A DNA stretch of 64,000 bases, from assembly GCA_949287425.1 (NCBI GenBank), contig CASEGJ010000004.1, forward strand, positions 325,727 through 389,726, written 5' to 3'. The notes under the pieces are model-generated. The model worked only from the letters and a program-made list of their open reading frames with translations, ran no database searches and had not been told where the DNA came from. This document shows positions 61,720-64,000 of the stretch, in pieces. Position numbers and translations under genes: made by a program. How positions within the stretch are numbered: position 1 is the first letter of the stretch; every line of letters starts with the position of its first letter. The stretch comes from an uncultured Bacillales bacterium. Lineage in GTDB: Bacteria; Bacillota_I; Bacilli_A; RFN20; CAG-288.

Positions 61720-63163
61720 CTAGAAGTTCTCCGATTAGTGAATATGTTCTAGATTCGATAATTTTAACTTTTCTAATTTGACCAATTAAAGATTCATCGC
61801 CTTTAACATGAACTAATCTATTGTGTCTAGAATAACCTGAAATCATAGTTTTATCTTTTTTAGATACAGTATCAAATAAGACTTCTACTATTTGATTTAC
61901 TTGCTTACTTGCTGAGATAGTCGCTTGTTGATCTATGAGTTGTTTTAATTTATCGAATCTAATTGACTTTTCTTTAGGAGTAATTTTATCTTCCATATAA
62001 TAAGCAGGAGTTCCATCTCTAGGTGAAAAGATAAATGTATAAGCGTTATCGTAGTTAACTTTTCTTACGACATCTAAAGTATCTTCAAAATCACAATCTG
62101 ATTCATTTGGAAAACCAACTATTATATCGGTAGTTAAATAGACATCAGGAATATATTTTCTAAGTAAATCTACCAAATCTAGATATTGCTTTTTATCATA
62201 GTGTCTATTCATTCTTTTCAAAATAGTATCTGAACCTGATTGTAAAGGTAGATGTAAACTAGGCATAATATTAGAATATTTAGCCATAACTTGGAAGACT
62301 TCTTCTTTAAAATATGCTGGATGAGAAGTGGTAAATCTAATACGCGGAATATTAGTTTGAGCGACAGCTTCTAAAAGCTTATCAAAACTGGAGTTAGGAT
62401 CTTTTAAATCGTAACCATATGCGTTGACATTTTGACCAATTAAAGTAACTTCTTTATAACCTAGACTAATTAAATCGTTAACTTCTTTTAATATCTCATC
62501 AATAGAACGCGAACGCATTCTACCTCTAGTATAGGGAACTATACAATAAGTACAAAAGTTATCGCAACCATACATTATATTTACAAAGGCTTTAGTTTTA
62601 TCAAATCTAGAAGAAGGGAGATTTTCAACGACTTCTCCTTGATTTGAAGTTACATCAAAGATTCTAGCTTCATCTTTAATACAACTATCTAACAGCGAAT
62701 AAATCGAATCGATATTATGAGTGCCAAAGACTAAATTGACATAAGGGAAATGTTCTTTAATAAATCTCATTGGCTTTTCTTCTTGAGCCATACATCCACA
62801 TATTCCAATAATTTTATTTGGATTATCTTTAGCGGATTGTTTTAATTGACCGATTTCACCATAGATTTTCTTTTCAGCGTTTTCTCTAATAGCGCAAGTA
62901 TTAAATAAAACTAAATCAGCTTTATATGGATCTGTAATCTGATTTAAACCTAATCTAGTTAGATAGGCGACAATTATTTCAGAATCCCTAACGTTAGCTT
63001 GACAACCAGAAGTAAATAAGCAAAAAGATTTACCTTTAGCCCAAGTGGATAATTCATCTGAAATATTTAAATTAGCTTTTCTAGTTAAAGGTTTTAAATT
63101 AAAGTTTCTTTGACCAGCTTTTTTAATATTTGGAAAAGATTTGATAATTAATTTTTTTGCCAT
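61712..63163 (-). CDS. miaB: tRNA-2-methylthio-N6-dimethylallyladenosine synthase (MiaB-family methylthiotransferase)
   Basis: MTTase N-domain 'FTSGCQAN', radical-SAM 'YGCDNFCTYC', TRAM C-terminus. Confidence 0.85.
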   Translation of the reverse strand: MAKKLIIKSFPNIKKAGQRNFNLKPLTRKANLNISDELSTWAKGKSFCLFTSGCQANVRDSEIIVAYLTRLGLNQITDPYKADLVLFNTCAIRENAEKKIYGEIGQLKQSAKDNPNKIIGICGCMAQEEKPMRFIKEHFPYVNLVFGTHNIDSIYSLLDSCIKDEARIFDVTSNQGEVVENLPSSRFDKTKAFVNIMYGCDNFCTYCIVPYTRGRMRSRSIDEILKEVNDLISLGYKEVTLIGQNVNAYGYDLKDPNSSFDKLLEAVAQTNIPRIRFTTSHPAYFKEEVFQVMAKYSNIMPSLHLPLQSGSDTILKRMNRHYDKKQYLDLVDLLRKYIPDVYLTTDIIVGFPNESDCDFEDTLDVVRKVNYDNAYTFIFSPRDGTPAYYMEDKITPKEKSIRFDKLKQLIDQQATISASKQVNQIVEVLFDTVSKKDKTMISGYSRHNRLVHVKGDESLIGQIRKVKIIESRTYSLIGELLDD

Positions 63164-63171
63164 ATATCCTC

Positions 63172-63948
63172 CTAGTTATCAATTATGTTAATTTTTTCAA
63201 TTTTGATAGCTTTATTAGTAGTATTATCAAAACTTAAAATTACGCCATTAAGTAGACCAGCTCCAGTTTCGGTAACTTCAAAGCGGGAATTTAAACCATA
63301 CCAAGTTCTTTCAATTACTCCACTAGCTTCAACACCTAAAATTGAATAATAAGCTCCATTCATTCCTACATCGCTAATATAGCTAGTACCATCGATAATT
63401 TTATCATCGTTAGTTTGAACGTGAGTGTGAGTGCCTACTATCGAACTAACTTTACCTTTAAATGCGTAAAATAAAGCTAGTTTTTCAGAAGTTGTTTCAG
63501 CGTGGAAATCTACAATATGGATATCTTGTTTAGTTGAGTTAACTATATCGTTTAAGCAATCAAAAGGGTTAGCATCCGCTCCTTGAATAAAGCTTCTACC
63601 TAATAAATTAGTAACTCTAATTGTTTTGTTGTTATATGTAAATAATTTGCTACCAATTCCAGGAATAGCTTTGTTCATATTATATGGGCGAACCATATTG
63701 ATATATTCTTTGTTACTAGAAATTATTTCATTAACTCGAAGATAATGGTTACCCATAGTAATACAATTGATACCTAGATTAGTTAGTTCTTTATAGTGTT
63801 TTAAAGATAAACCTTTACCATGGGTAGTATTTTCACCGTTAGCAATAATAAAATCTAAAGAATATTTATGTTTTAGTTGAGGTAAATATTTAGCGATAGT
63901 ATTTCGACCGATTTTGCCGACAATATCGCCTAGAAATAAGATGTTCAT
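63172..63948 (-). CDS. ymdB: YmdB-family metallophosphoesterase (2',3'-cyclic-nucleotide phosphodiesterase)
   Basis: 'MNILFLGDIVGKIGR...FIIANGENTTHGKGL'. Confidence 0.85.
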   Translation of the reverse strand: MNILFLGDIVGKIGRNTIAKYLPQLKHKYSLDFIIANGENTTHGKGLSLKHYKELTNLGINCITMGNHYLRVNEIISSNKEYINMVRPYNMNKAIPGIGSKLFTYNNKTIRVTNLLGRSFIQGADANPFDCLNDIVNSTKQDIHIVDFHAETTSEKLALFYAFKGKVSSIVGTHTHVQTNDDKIIDGTSYISDVGMNGAYYSILGVEASGVIERTWYGLNSRFEVTETGAGLLNGVILSFDNTTNKAIKIEKINIIDN

Positions 63949-63951
63949 TAT

Positions 63952-64000
63952 TTGGCCAATTCTATAGCGCGGACTTCTCTAATAACTTGAACTTTAATTT
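63952..64000 (-). CDS. rny: 3' end of ribonuclease Y gene (partial, continues beyond window)
   Basis: Reverse strand encodes '...EVRAIELAK*', matching the RNase Y C-terminus; rny-ymdB adjacency is conserved. Confidence 0.45.

Overview
AT-rich window (about 70% A+T by eye) using the standard genetic code: TGA acts as a stop and Trp is TGG, since long housekeeping genes read through intact. Gene content and order resemble a wall-less low-GC Firmicute relative, probably Acholeplasma-like Mollicutes. The evidence is many lipoproteins with lipoboxes, MalK-type ABC ATPases carrying large insertions, a membrane SNase nuclease, and retained Bacillus-type synteny (rny-ymdB, miaB-ymcA, secG-rnr-smpB, rplKAJL-rpoBC). 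The left 22 kb is an accessory-looking region. It starts with a 5'-truncated SIR2_2-like (defense-type NADase) gene at the window edge. Two tandem paralogous modules follow, each ABC importer (ATPase, 2 permeases, lipoprotein SBP) plus a zinc-ribbon membrane protein plus two RDD-family membrane proteins. The first copy also carries a thermonuclease lipoprotein and a 969-aa OB-fold/Big_2 surface lipoprotein. The centre is the conserved rplK-rplA-rplJ-rplL-rpoB-rpoC cluster with a recognisable rplL-rpoB attenuator hairpin. The right half mixes housekeeping genes (hpt, trpS, gltX, rpmF, secG, rnr, smpB, tdk, miaB, ymdB, rny fragment, pgm, rluD) with several more interesting loci. These are a feoA-feoA-feoB-feoC-like operon divergent from a DtxR/MntR-family repressor with two perfect palindromic operators between them; a TetR-DUF1538(duplicated)-PII-PII-GT4 operon; a MacB/FtsX-type ABC pair; a K-rich coiled-coil 597-aa protein translationally coupled to a DJ-1/PfpI protein; and a translationally coupled three-gene cassette of unknown function. 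No rRNA, tRNA, CRISPR array or transposase was recognised.
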